A stretch of DNA of 64,000 nucleotides from Planctomycetota bacterium (GTDB lineage Bacteria; Planctomycetota; UBA8108; SXIK01). Of this stretch, positions 8,580 through 18,240 are shown in pieces. The position numbers and the translations under genes are program-made. Position 1 is the stretch's first letter; each line of letters starts with the position of its first letter. Under the pieces are notes generated by a model. That model had not been told where the DNA came from, did not search any database, and saw nothing but the letters and a program-made list of their open reading frames with translations. The DNA lies in the NCBI GenBank assembly GCA_965223845.1, contig CBDCXR010000004.1:2272001-2336000 (forward strand), in the 5' to 3' direction.

Positions 8580-10756
8580 CAGTCGGCGAGCCCCACCTTG
8601 TTCCCGGGCATCGGCAGAGCCGCGAAGATCCCGCCTCCCACCATCATGAACCAACCGAGGTAGATCAGGATCATGAGCGGATTGAGGTGCACGGTGACTT
8701 GAAAGCGGTCGTCGAGCTTTACTTCGTAGTGGAGGTAGATGTCGCCGAGGAGTCGGCGTTCGATGCCGACCTCCCGAATCGTCTCGTTCCGTTTCGGGTA
8801 CGTCCGAATCTCCGGCTCGAGATCCGCGATGAACACCTCCTCGTCCCCGGACGAAGACACGCCTTCGGCCGACGGCGCCGCCGCGTCGCCGTGCGCAGCG
8901 GGGAGCAATCCCTCGTCGACTTCGGTCACGCGGAACGTCACCTTCTGAAGCATGTACGGCGCGCCGGGCCCCGGCTGGGCTTCGTGCTCCTCGAGCGCCG
9001 CGATGCGGTAGGAGCCGACGACGGCGGATTCACCCAGGCGCAGCCTCACCTGTCGTTCGGTCTTGAACATGCTGCTCGCGATGATTCCGACGACGAAAAC
9101 CGCGATGCCGACGTGGACGGCGTAGCCCCCCCACCGCCGGTTGTTGCGAACGACGACGTTGAGCAGAGCGCGCCCGAGATCATCGCCGCGAAATCGCATC
9201 CGCGCGCGTACGCAGCGCCAGAGCTCCGCACCGATCGTCGCCGCGATGAAGAACGAGAGACCGAGGAAGAGTCCGGTGGGATAGAGCGCCGTCGCGTGGT
9301 TCATCGATGCCTTCGGAACGAGCACCTCCGATGCCGTTCCGAGCTGATCGGAGAAGTACCACCACGCGTAGAGGCACACGAGAAAACCGACGGTCGCGAG
9401 GGCCGGCCCGATGAAATTCCGCCGGAGCGCGGTGCGCGTCGTCTTCACCCAGCCGAGCCCGGGTCCGATCGCGGTGAGGAAGAGGAGCGCCGCGAAGAGC
9501 GGTGTCATCACTTCGTTGTACTCCGCGACGAGGAGCGTTTTCTTTTCGGCGAGGAAGTCGTGAGAGAGCTTCGTCCAGAAGGAAAGGATCATCACCGCGG
9601 CCATGATCGCGACGAGGACGACGTTGTTGAAGAGAAAGACCGACTCGCGTGACAGCACGGCGTCGAAGCGGTTCCGACTCTTCAGTTGGCGCCAGCGATA
9701 GAACAGGAAGAAAAGGCCGACAAACCCGATGACGAGCATGAAGCCCTGGAACCAAACGCCGATGTTGCCGCCGGCGAAGGCGTGGATCGATTGGACGACA
9801 CCCGAGCGCGTCATCCACGTCGCCCAAATCGTGAGGAAGAACGTGAAGATGATCAGAAACGCATTCCATGCCTTCAGCATTTCGCGTCGCTCTTGCACCA
9901 TGATGGAGTGCAAGAAGGCCGTTCCCGTGCACCACGGGAGGAAGGATGCGTTCTCGACCGGATCCCACATCCAGTAGCCGCCCCAGCCGAGTTGGCGGTA
10001 CGCCCAGAGGCCCCCGAGGATGATTCCCGAAGTGAGAAAGAGCCACGCGACCATCGTCCAGCGGCGGACGATCTTCACCCAGTAGGAGCCGAGCTCTCCC
10101 GCCATGAGCGCCGCGAGTGCGAACGCGAACGGCACGGTGAATCCGATGAAACCGAGGTAGAGGCACGGCGGGTGGATCACGAACCAATAGTTGACGAGCT
10201 GGGGGCTCATCCCCGCGCCGTCGAGAAGCCGACCGTCTTCTCCGATCTCGATTCCTCGCGAAGTCGACAGCAACTCGCGCTGTTCGGGCGGCATCACTTC
10301 GAACGGATTCGCGTACCAGTTCACGGCGACGAAGAAGCCGAGAACGGAGGCGAGGACGAGATAGACGAAGGGCTCGAGCCGCCGTCCCGTCGCGTGCTGA
10401 GCGCTGCGGCGGTGCTGAAGCGCAACGATCGCGCAGAATCCGCTGAGGACGACGGTCCAGAAGAGGAGCGAGCCGTCGAGCCCGGCCCAGAGTCCCGCCA
10501 TCTTGAAGAAGGTCGGGAGGAGCCGCTCGGAGTAATTGAAGATGTACTCGTTGTCGTACTGCCCCGTTACGAGACCGTGAACGAGGCAGACCGTCGAGCC
10601 GCAGATGACGACGAAGAGAACGTAGAACGTCGTCCGCGCGCCGACGACGAGCCGCCGACTCCGCCGGAGAATCCCCGCGAGAGCGAGCACGAACGCGGCC
10701 GCGGTCAGGACCGTCGCGAGGACGAGCAAGGCCCGTCCGAATGCGAGAACTTCCAT
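8579..10756 (-). CDS. ccmF: Cytochrome c heme lyase CcmF
   Basis: WAGLDGSLLFW, HPP, WWD motif WGGYWMWDPVENAS, TRSGVVQSIHAF, C-terminal NPLM. Confidence 0.96.
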   Translation of the reverse strand: MEVLAFGRALLVLATVLTAAAFVLALAGILRRSRRLVVGARTTFYVLFVVICGSTVCLVHGLVTGQYDNEYIFNYSERLLPTFFKMAGLWAGLDGSLLFWTVVLSGFCAIVALQHRRSAQHATGRRLEPFVYLVLASVLGFFVAVNWYANPFEVMPPEQRELLSTSRGIEIGEDGRLLDGAGMSPQLVNYWFVIHPPCLYLGFIGFTVPFAFALAALMAGELGSYWVKIVRRWTMVAWLFLTSGIILGGLWAYRQLGWGGYWMWDPVENASFLPWCTGTAFLHSIMVQERREMLKAWNAFLIIFTFFLTIWATWMTRSGVVQSIHAFAGGNIGVWFQGFMLVIGFVGLFFLFYRWRQLKSRNRFDAVLSRESVFLFNNVVLVAIMAAVMILSFWTKLSHDFLAEKKTLLVAEYNEVMTPLFAALLFLTAIGPGLGWVKTTRTALRRNFIGPALATVGFLVCLYAWWYFSDQLGTASEVLVPKASMNHATALYPTGLFLGLSFFIAATIGAELWRCVRARMRFRGDDLGRALLNVVVRNNRRWGGYAVHVGIAVFVVGIIASSMFKTERQVRLRLGESAVVGSYRIAALEEHEAQPGPGAPYMLQKVTFRVTEVDEGLLPAAHGDAAAPSAEGVSSSGDEEVFIADLEPEIRTYPKRNETIREVGIERRLLGDIYLHYEVKLDDRFQVTVHLNPLMILIYLGWFMMVGGGIFAALPMPGNKVGLAD

Positions 10757-10903
10757 AGCGTCGTCACCTCCTCAGCGACGCGATCGGATCGAGGTGCGAG
10801 CGGCGGCGGAAATCGCTCGACGTCTTCGCGCTCCGCCCCGATCGAGCCGCGAGCGTGCCGCCCGTTCGCAGGTTTTGCAACCCTTTCACGGATCGGGCTT
10901 CGG

Positions 10904-11365
10904 TCAGGGAACGTCCGGAGCCGGGGTCGAGTCTTTCGCGGGAGGATCCGCAGTCCCGCTCGGCGCGGGGGCGTATTCCGTCCCGCCCTCGTAGACGGCC
11001 TCTGACGCTTCGTAACGCGAGGGACACTTCGTCGTGACCCGTGTCGCGTGAAAGACGCCGGCAGCCTGATCGAACTCCCCCCGGATGCTCACGTCGAGGT
11101 CGACCTTGAAGTTCTCCGGGACGGGCTGCGTCGACACCACCGTGATCCTCGACGCCTCGTCGCTCGGAATCCCCACCGTGAACTTGAGCGGAGCGAGACC
11201 CTCGATCGCGATGATCTTCCCGCCGTCGACCTGGACCATCCCCCCGGTGTACTCCTCCGAGAGCACCTGGTTCACCGTGAGGACCGGAACCATGGACGAG
11301 AACGCCTGCCAGATCAGGACTCCGACGGCGCAGACGAACGCGAACCCGACGATCGCAGGTTTCAT
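10904..11365 (-). CDS. ccmE: Heme chaperone CcmE, Cys variant (CxxxY)
   Basis: N-terminal TM, PENF motif, VTTKCPSRY in place of HxxxY; upstream of ccmF. Confidence 0.88.
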   Translation of the reverse strand: MKPAIVGFAFVCAVGVLIWQAFSSMVPVLTVNQVLSEEYTGGMVQVDGGKIIAIEGLAPLKFTVGIPSDEASRITVVSTQPVPENFKVDLDVSIRGEFDQAAGVFHATRVTTKCPSRYEASEAVYEGGTEYAPAPSGTADPPAKDSTPAPDVP

Positions 11366-11654
11366 GGGTCTCCTCCCTCCCCCGGGGGCAGCCGCCGCTC
11401 AATCCTCGGAGCGGCACGTAAACTCTTTTGCGAAGCTGTTCTGCGACACAAGGATACCCCAAGTTCGCCGGCTCCCGCAACGCGTGCAGCCGGGGATCCC
11501 CACGCGCATCGAAAAGATAGGTACGCCGACGGGCGCCGAGTTCGGGATCCGATCCGGCGGCTGTCCCATCGCCCCCGAATCTGACGTCGGCCGAGTCCCG
11601 TCCGCTTCTTAAGCGCCGGCCCTGACGAAGGACAACGCACGGCAGGGGCCGGCG

Positions 11655-12401
11655 GTGGCAGCCGCCGGCGCCCGCGAGCTACAATCATCGGCTGGTCAGG
11701 ATCGGCCGGTCGTCGAAAGCGCCCCCACTCCGCCCGTGCATCCCTCGCTCTCCGCCTACGAACTTCTCGCCTTCGACCTCGACGGAACCCTCGTCGACTC
11801 GCGCCGCGATCTCGCTCGCGCCGTGAACGAGGGCCTCGAAGCCGTCGGGCGGGCTCCGATCGCCGTCGAACGGGTCACCGAATTCGTCGGGAACGGGGTG
11901 CACGCGCTGGTCGCGCGGAGTCTCGGCGCAGGCGCGTCTCGCGAGGAGTTCGAGCACGCGCTCGCAGTCTTTTCCGCGTATTACGCGGAGCACTGCGTCG
12001 ACGAAACGCGACCGTACCCCGGCGTCGAGGAGACGCTCGCGCGTCTCGCCGGGTCGCTGCCCCTCGCGCTCCTCACGAACAAACCGGAGCGCCCGAGCCG
12101 TCTCATCCTCGAGCGCCTCGACCTCGCGAAGTTCTTCCCCTGCGTGCTCGGAGGCGACTCCGTCGCAGCGAAGAAACCTTCGCCGATCGGGCTCGAGGAG
12201 ATCGCGACGCGACACGAAGTCGCCGTTTCCGCGTGCCTCTACGTCGGAGACAGCGCCGTCGACTGGGAGACCGCCGAGGCCGCCGGCGCCGACTTCGCAT
12301 TCGCGTCCTACGGCTACCAACCCGAGACGGGGAACGCGGCCGCCCCGGCGCGCGTCCTCACGACGTTTCCCGATCTTCTCGGCCCCGCCCGCGGAACCTG
12401 A
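11655..12401 (+). CDS. gph: HAD hydrolase, phosphoglycolate phosphatase-like (start uncertain, possibly 11736)
   Basis: FDLDGTLVDS, LTNKP, KKPSP and YVGDS HAD motifs. Confidence 0.8.
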   Translation: MAAAGARELQSSAGQDRPVVESAPTPPVHPSLSAYELLAFDLDGTLVDSRRDLARAVNEGLEAVGRAPIAVERVTEFVGNGVHALVARSLGAGASREEFEHALAVFSAYYAEHCVDETRPYPGVEETLARLAGSLPLALLTNKPERPSRLILERLDLAKFFPCVLGGDSVAAKKPSPIGLEEIATRHEVAVSACLYVGDSAVDWETAEAAGADFAFASYGYQPETGNAAAPARVLTTFPDLLGPARGT

Positions 12402-12568
12402 TTCTGACTCCGCCGCACGTCGCTTTCTCCGGGAGCGTGCGACAGCCTGTCGCAGGCATTTCGCTGGCGCACGCTCCGACTTAAGGATAGATTTCTTCTG
12501 GACATAAGGCGATGAGCGACGTCACGAGGGCGCTCTTCGCTAACGAAAACTCTCACCGGTGAGCGGTC

Positions 12569-12889
12569 ATGGCCCAACCCAAGACGAAGGGCGGCAAACG
12601 CAAAAAGAAGCCGAAGCAGATCGCTTACATCAACGAAGCGTGCACCGGCTGTGCCGGCTCGCCGGTCTGCCAGTCGTATTGCCCGGTCGACGAGTGCATG
12701 ATCCTCGTTCAGAACCCCGGGGCGCCGACATTCGGGGTAATCGAGGTCGACCCGCTCAAGTGCATCGGCTGCAAGAAATGCACCGCCAAGGGACCGGAGG
12801 GCACGTTCCTCGACGGGTGTCCCTGGGACGCGATCGTCATGGTCGACATCGACGATTTCGAGGATCGGTACGGGGATCTCCCCTACTGA
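12569..12889 (+). CDS. 2[4Fe-4S] dicluster ferredoxin
   Basis: CTGCAGSPVCQSYCP and CIGCKKC...GCPWDAI. Confidence 0.9.
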   Translation: MAQPKTKGGKRKKKPKQIAYINEACTGCAGSPVCQSYCPVDECMILVQNPGAPTFGVIEVDPLKCIGCKKCTAKGPEGTFLDGCPWDAIVMVDIDDFEDRYGDLPY

Positions 12890-12943
12890 GCCCGGCTGGG
12901 AGCCCGTCGGCCCAAAGACTGGCCCCACGCCCTCCACCCGCCG

Positions 12944-12973
12944 TTGACGGAACCCGTCGCGGAGTGATAGGAT
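12944..12973 (+). promoter_or_regulatory. sigma70-type promoter with extended -10
   Basis: TTGACG (12944-12949), 18-nt spacer ending in TGA, TAGGAT (12968-12973). Confidence 0.55.
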
Positions 12974-13342
12974 CGACGTCCTATCTGCAGCTTTCGCTGC
13001 ACGTTGAGAACTCCCGAATCGCGCCCGAATCCGTGCCCTCGGCGGCGGTCGAACCGACGTTCGGCCAAACCCCTTTCCACGGTCTTCGGGTCGGGCGCCG
13101 GCCGACGGTCGACGTCCCAAACGTTTTCGCAATCCGCGCGCCTCGTCGCCGCGGCGCTACGACTCGATCGCAGCGCCGTCCGAGCGGTAGAAGTGCGTTT
13201 CCCGTGAAAGCGTAGTGCGACTGCGGGTGCGGAGAACGTGTGTCGAATCTTCGGCGGCCGGACTTCGCGTCGGCACGAAAGTGGTGATTGGCTCCCCCCG
13301 CCGGAGTAGGCTACGGGTGGTGAGTTCTGGAGGATCGGTCTC

Positions 13343-14779
13343 GTGAGTGCGTCCAAAGATTATTTCAAGAAGGCAGAGCAAGCTGCCAAGAAGCAGAACT
13401 TCGAATACGCGGTAGAGCTCTACATGCAGGGTCTCATGATCGACCCCAAGTGCGCCGACGAGCGCCGGAGCCTCCACCGCGTGATGACGCTCTCGATCGA
13501 GGAGAAGGGCGGAAACCCTCAGGGAGGCATGGCCGTCAAGCTGAAGGTGATGCCAGTCCTCGCGAACGTGAAGAAGCTCACCGTTCAAAAGAAGTGGGAC
13601 GAGGCGATCATCGAGTACGAGAAGGCGCTGCGCTATCAACCGAGACACCCGGCGACGCTCTTCGGACTCGCGACCGCACTCGAGCAGAACGAATGCATCG
13701 AGGGTGCGATCGTCATCCTCGAGGACATCCTCGATGTCGATAAGGGGCACGTCGAAGCCTACCGTTCCCTCGGTCGCCTTTGGGCCGGGAAGGAGGATCC
13801 GGAGAAGGCGATCTCCTACTGGGAGAAGCTCCGCCAGTACAAGCCGGACGACAAGGAAGCCGGGAAAGCGATTCGCGACCTATCCGCCGCCACCATGGTG
13901 AAGAAGGCCGAAGAGCGGAAGGCCAAGGCGGGCGACGAGTCCTTCAAGGCGATGCTCGCCGACGAGGACAAGAGCGCCGAGCTCGAGAAGAAGGCGAAGA
14001 TCATCCGCACGGACGACGATCGTCGCGAGGCGATCAAGTTCAAGAAGGAAGAGCTGCGCACGGACCCGGAAAACTCGCGTCTCTGGCGCGAGCTCGGGCA
14101 GCTCTACCAGGATCTCAAGGATTGGAAGTACGCCGAGGCGGCCTACAAGAAGGCGCAGGAAGTGAATCCTCACGACATGTTCGTGAACGAGAAGCTCGGC
14201 GCCCTGCGGGAATCGCGCCTCGACCAGGAGCTCGATTCACTCCGGAAGAAGGTCGCGGAGGCGGAGGCGAACGGCGGCTCGAACGACGAGCTGCGCGGTC
14301 AGCTCGAAAAGAAGGAAGAGCAGGTCCGCTTGTTCAAGGTCGACGAGTACGACCGGAGGGTCAAAGCCCACCCGACGGACTTCGAGCTCAAGATGCGTCT
14401 CGGCCGCGCCCTCATGGACGTCGGCAAATACGACGGCGCGATCGAGCAGTTTCAAAAGGCGATTCAGGACCCGAAGTTCAAGGTCGCCGCGCTCGTCGCG
14501 AACGGAAACTGCTTCTTTCAGAAGGGGCTCCTCGACCTCGCGGCGAGTCAGTTCCAGACCGCACTCGGCGAGGTTTCTTCCGACGCGAACTCGCCGGTCG
14601 CGAAGGAGATCAAGTACAGCCTCGCCGGAGTCTTCGAGGGAAAGGCGAGCGGTGCTACCGACGAGTCGCAGGGGGCGACCTTCCGGCAGCAGGCGCTGAG
14701 CCTCTATCAGGAGATCATGGCCGTCGACATCGGCTACGAGGATGTCTCCGACCGGGTGACGGCGCTTCTCGCGGGCTGA
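13343..14779 (+). CDS. Tetratricopeptide repeat protein
   Basis: Multiple TPR-like repeats (WDEAIIEYEKAL, YRSLGRLW, WRELGQLY, YDGAIEQFQKA); GGAGG RBS; strongly biased codon usage. Confidence 0.88.
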   Translation: MSASKDYFKKAEQAAKKQNFEYAVELYMQGLMIDPKCADERRSLHRVMTLSIEEKGGNPQGGMAVKLKVMPVLANVKKLTVQKKWDEAIIEYEKALRYQPRHPATLFGLATALEQNECIEGAIVILEDILDVDKGHVEAYRSLGRLWAGKEDPEKAISYWEKLRQYKPDDKEAGKAIRDLSAATMVKKAEERKAKAGDESFKAMLADEDKSAELEKKAKIIRTDDDRREAIKFKKEELRTDPENSRLWRELGQLYQDLKDWKYAEAAYKKAQEVNPHDMFVNEKLGALRESRLDQELDSLRKKVAEAEANGGSNDELRGQLEKKEEQVRLFKVDEYDRRVKAHPTDFELKMRLGRALMDVGKYDGAIEQFQKAIQDPKFKVAALVANGNCFFQKGLLDLAASQFQTALGEVSSDANSPVAKEIKYSLAGVFEGKASGATDESQGATFRQQALSLYQEIMAVDIGYEDVSDRVTALLAG

Positions 14780-15072
14780 GTTTCACGCGCGCCACGTCAG
14801 CCGCGCGGTGAATCTCCGGTCCGCCGGCAGTCCAGCCGAATCGCGTGCGCGCGGATCGGGCCGAACGCCCGAGGGCCGCCCGCCGGCTTTCCCCCGGGGG
14901 CGGAGGGCTGCCCCGGGCCGGCCTCGCTAGCGGCGACGCGAGCCCGTTTTTGCCCTTGTCTTTGCCTCGCCCACGGTTACGATCTCCCACTCCCCCGAGG
15001 GCGACGCAGGCAATCTCCGGGGAACGAGTTACGCAGAGTTGATCGAGGCCAGAAGAGAGGGCCGAAAGAAAC

Positions 15073-15339
15073 ATGGCGCACAGCGCGCAAGCAAAGAAGC
15101 GGATCCGTCAGAGCGAAAAACGACGAATCCGCAACAAGAGCAAGAAGAGCGAGATTCGCACTCTGACCCGTCGGCTGCGCGAGCACGTCGCAGAGAAGGA
15201 CGGAGACAAGGCGAAGGCACTCCTCCCGCGCCTCTTCTCGCGGCTCGATAAGGCCGCGAAGACGAACGTGTTCCACCGGAACAACGTCGCGCGACAGAAG
15301 GCGAAGGCGACACGGCTCGTCCGGACGCTCGACGACTGA
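15073..15339 (+). CDS. rpsT: 30S ribosomal protein S20
   Basis: SAQAKKRIRQSEKRRIRNKSKKSEIRT...LDKAAKTNVFHRN. Confidence 0.97.
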   Translation: MAHSAQAKKRIRQSEKRRIRNKSKKSEIRTLTRRLREHVAEKDGDKAKALLPRLFSRLDKAAKTNVFHRNNVARQKAKATRLVRTLDD

Positions 15340-15408
15340 CACCGCACGCGCGCGAGCGCCTCGCGATCCCCAACTCGCGACGGCGGCGCCGGCCGGTCGC
15401 TCCTCAGC

Positions 15409-15484
<76 letters not shown>

Positions 15485-15492
15485 AAACCAGC

Positions 15493-15528
15493 AAAGGACT
15501 TACGACTTCGGTCGTGAGTCCTTTTTTT
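15493..15528 (+). terminator. Rho-independent terminator after rpsT-tRNA-Phe
   Basis: AAAGGACTTACGAC-TTCG-GTCGTGAGTCC hairpin followed by T7. Confidence 0.9.
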
Positions 15529-15677
15529 CGTCTAGACTCGAGATCGTTCCACCCTCCCTCGATCGTCGCGAAACTCGCTCCGCTGACGTTTTCCTGCAAC
15601 GCCCTCGATCGGGCGACGTCCACCTTCACGGCGCCAACTTCGAAGAAGCACGGCGAAACAGATCAGAGGTGCGGAAG

Positions 15678-16160
15678 ATGCACGAAGCCCCTACCGATCG
15701 CGAGACCCACGAGTACGCGAGGCTCAGCGCGAAGCTCGTGCTCAACTGGTTCATCTTCTTCGGCACGACAAACGTAGCTGCGATCGGCTTTCTATCGATC
15801 GCTTATGCGAGTATCTACGGTGGCGCGGAAGCCCCGATACAGTTCGCAGCCGTGCCCGCGGTTTTCGTGTTAACTAGCCTGCTGGGTATCGCCACCTGCA
15901 GCTTCTGCCTCGGTCACATAGAGTCAGCCGGGAAGAGACTCGAGATCGCTGAGTTGATGCCGGTGCGGTTCTATCGCTACGGGCTGGTGACAATGGGCGC
16001 TGCTGCTCTCGTCTACTTGCTCTTTTGGACCGGCGCACTTGTGTATCTCATCCGTGACCATGGAGAACTGAGGCTCTTAACGGTCGCCGTGATCTCAGTT
16101 CTCTCACTCCTCGCTGCTGTCTGTCCGCACTCGAGCTTGCGAAGCTCCGCGAAGTTGTAG
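15678..16160 (+). CDS. Hypothetical membrane protein with atypical composition
   Basis: About 4-5 hydrophobic segments from ATG 15678; uses TTA/CTA/ATA codons that are rare elsewhere in the window. Confidence 0.55.
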   Translation: MHEAPTDRETHEYARLSAKLVLNWFIFFGTTNVAAIGFLSIAYASIYGGAEAPIQFAAVPAVFVLTSLLGIATCSFCLGHIESAGKRLEIAELMPVRFYRYGLVTMGAAALVYLLFWTGALVYLIRDHGELRLLTVAVISVLSLLAAVCPHSSLRSSAKL

Positions 16161-16441
16161 TTTCCGCGGTAGCTGGCCTTTCTGCGCCGGTTACTTCCTA
16201 GTGTTGTAACTAAGCTCGAAGACGACCTCTCGCCCGCACCGAAATCCGCCCGCCGAAGCTAGCGAAAATCCTACGTTCTCGTTCTTGAATCTCGTCGGCG
16301 GCTAGAGTGGGGTCCGCGTTCCGCCGGCGCAGCACGATCGACCGCTCGCGTCACCACGTCGCCACGGACGAGCGCATGAGCGAAATGGTGCGGCCGCCGC
16401 CACCCGCGGCGACGGCCGTAGCATTCAGCAACTAAAAGAGA

Positions 16442-17851
16442 TCACTCCGCGAGCTCGAACCGCGCGACCGTGCCGCCGTCCCGCTGGAGTCCGACCCACA
16501 GGAATCGTCCGTCGTTCGACGTTTGCATTCCCTCTGGACGGGCTCCCGAATCGATCCCGACACTCATGCGGGTGAGTGCGGTCGGCAGAGTCCCGCCGAG
16601 GATGTCGGTCGCGTCGACGAAGAGCACGGATCCGCGATCCTCGTCCTCCGGAGCACGTTCGATGTTGATCGCGGCGACGAGACCGCGGTTTCGCTCGACG
16701 ATCTTCGCCGCGTTCGGGTCGAGTCGCGGCAGGCTCCGTATCGCGGCGGTCTGCTCGTCCGTCGGCTCCTCGCCCGGTGCGAGTGACGGACACTCTTCGA
16801 CGCCGCTGTCGTCGAGGAGCGATGGGTCGACATCGAAGATGCAGTGCGTGATCGGCTCGGGAATCGCCGTGGGCCCGCCGCGAAGATCGATGATCGAGAT
16901 CCCCGCGAGGTGGGGGTAATCCCCGTCCGCCTCGTTCGCAGCAATCAAGAATTCTCCGCCCGGACTGACGCCCATGCCGTCCGGCTCCACGCCGACGGCT
17001 TCGAATTCTGGTTCTTCCCCCTCGTCGCTGACGTTGATCAAAAACCCAAATGGGAGATGGACAACATTCACGAGAGTGAGCGTTTCCATATCGACGACGG
17101 CGATCGACGACTGCTCCTGGAGCGAGACGAAGGCGAGGCTGCCATCGGACGAAAAGGTGACGGATTCCGGCTCGATGTCCTCATCTGCGAGGCGAGCTTC
17201 CTCCCCGGCGAAGAAGGGCTCAAAGTCGCTCCGCCCGATCGTGGCGACGAGCTCGAGACTCCGCTTGGCGCTCGTCGTTCCGTTCGTGGCTCGACGCACG
17301 ACCGTAAACACGTCGATCGCCTCGTACTTCTCACCCGCGACGACGATGTACCTTCCGTTCGGAGAAAGGCCGATACCGTCGGCCGAATCGGGGAGCTCGA
17401 CCTTGTCCATGAGTCCCCCACCGATGTGAGTGAGAAGGAGCTCGTTTCGATCGAACAGATCGTCGTCCCGCACGTTGACGACGATGTAGTCGCGGCTCGG
17501 CCCAATGACGGCGTCCGTGACTTCGCCGCGTCCGAGCTGAACGGTGCGAAGATTGCCGAGAACCTCGCCGGACCGCCCATTGAAGCCGAGGAGCGCCATC
17601 TCCGACTTGAACGCTTCGTTCTCGTTCCCGAGATCGGGCAGCACGATCGGACCCGTACCGAGAACGAGTGAGCCATCGGAAGTGACGTCGAGACCTTCAA
17701 CCTCACCCGTATCGAGATCGAAATGGACGAGGTCGAGAACGACCTGCGCGCGAAGCGACGTCGCGCCGCCGATGACCAAAGCTGCCCAAAGCACTGGGTG
17801 GCAAAGCGCACGACGCCTGCCGACACCATCGCAACAGTGAGAAGAGTACAT
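16442..17851 (-). CDS. Secreted beta-propeller protein, choice-of-anchor I / alkaline-phosphatase-associated type
   Basis: AGGAGG RBS, signal peptide, IEPESVTFSSDGSLAFVSLQEQSSIAVVD, EPDG...ANEAD and RPEG repeats; very acidic. Confidence 0.7.
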   Translation of the reverse strand: MYSSHCCDGVGRRRALCHPVLWAALVIGGATSLRAQVVLDLVHFDLDTGEVEGLDVTSDGSLVLGTGPIVLPDLGNENEAFKSEMALLGFNGRSGEVLGNLRTVQLGRGEVTDAVIGPSRDYIVVNVRDDDLFDRNELLLTHIGGGLMDKVELPDSADGIGLSPNGRYIVVAGEKYEAIDVFTVVRRATNGTTSAKRSLELVATIGRSDFEPFFAGEEARLADEDIEPESVTFSSDGSLAFVSLQEQSSIAVVDMETLTLVNVVHLPFGFLINVSDEGEEPEFEAVGVEPDGMGVSPGGEFLIAANEADGDYPHLAGISIIDLRGGPTAIPEPITHCIFDVDPSLLDDSGVEECPSLAPGEEPTDEQTAAIRSLPRLDPNAAKIVERNRGLVAAINIERAPEDEDRGSVLFVDATDILGGTLPTALTRMSVGIDSGARPEGMQTSNDGRFLWVGLQRDGGTVARFELAE

Positions 17852-18240
17852 ACATACCTCCTACCGAAGAGCCCATGAACTGCACCTACCTCAACCGCAC
17901 CGATCGATCGACTCCGGTCGATCTCTACCACGGATAGGATCATTGGAGCGGAGACGAAACGCGGAAGCACCGAAAATCGGTGGAGGAATCCGTTCGAACG
18001 CCCGGGTCGCGAGAGCGGACGGCTCGGATGCGCCCGCTAAGATCTCTCCAGACGACGGCTTAGCGATGTACGCGAGTCTTCGGGCGACCCCGGCGACCGG
18101 ACGGCGAGACCATGCTCCGACGTCGAGAACCGCAGCGGCGGATCTCCGCGGACCGCGAGCTTCGCTTTCACGCCGGTCGGTGGGTCCGAGCGTCGGCGCT
18201 CCAATCCTTCAGCAGAATCCACTACGCGATTCAGAGCGCG

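Noticed and set aside
16240-16320. Possible attR copy of the tRNA-Phe 3' end
   Set aside because: Only short GC-rich matches (TCCGCCC, GGGTCCGC) and no integrase nearby
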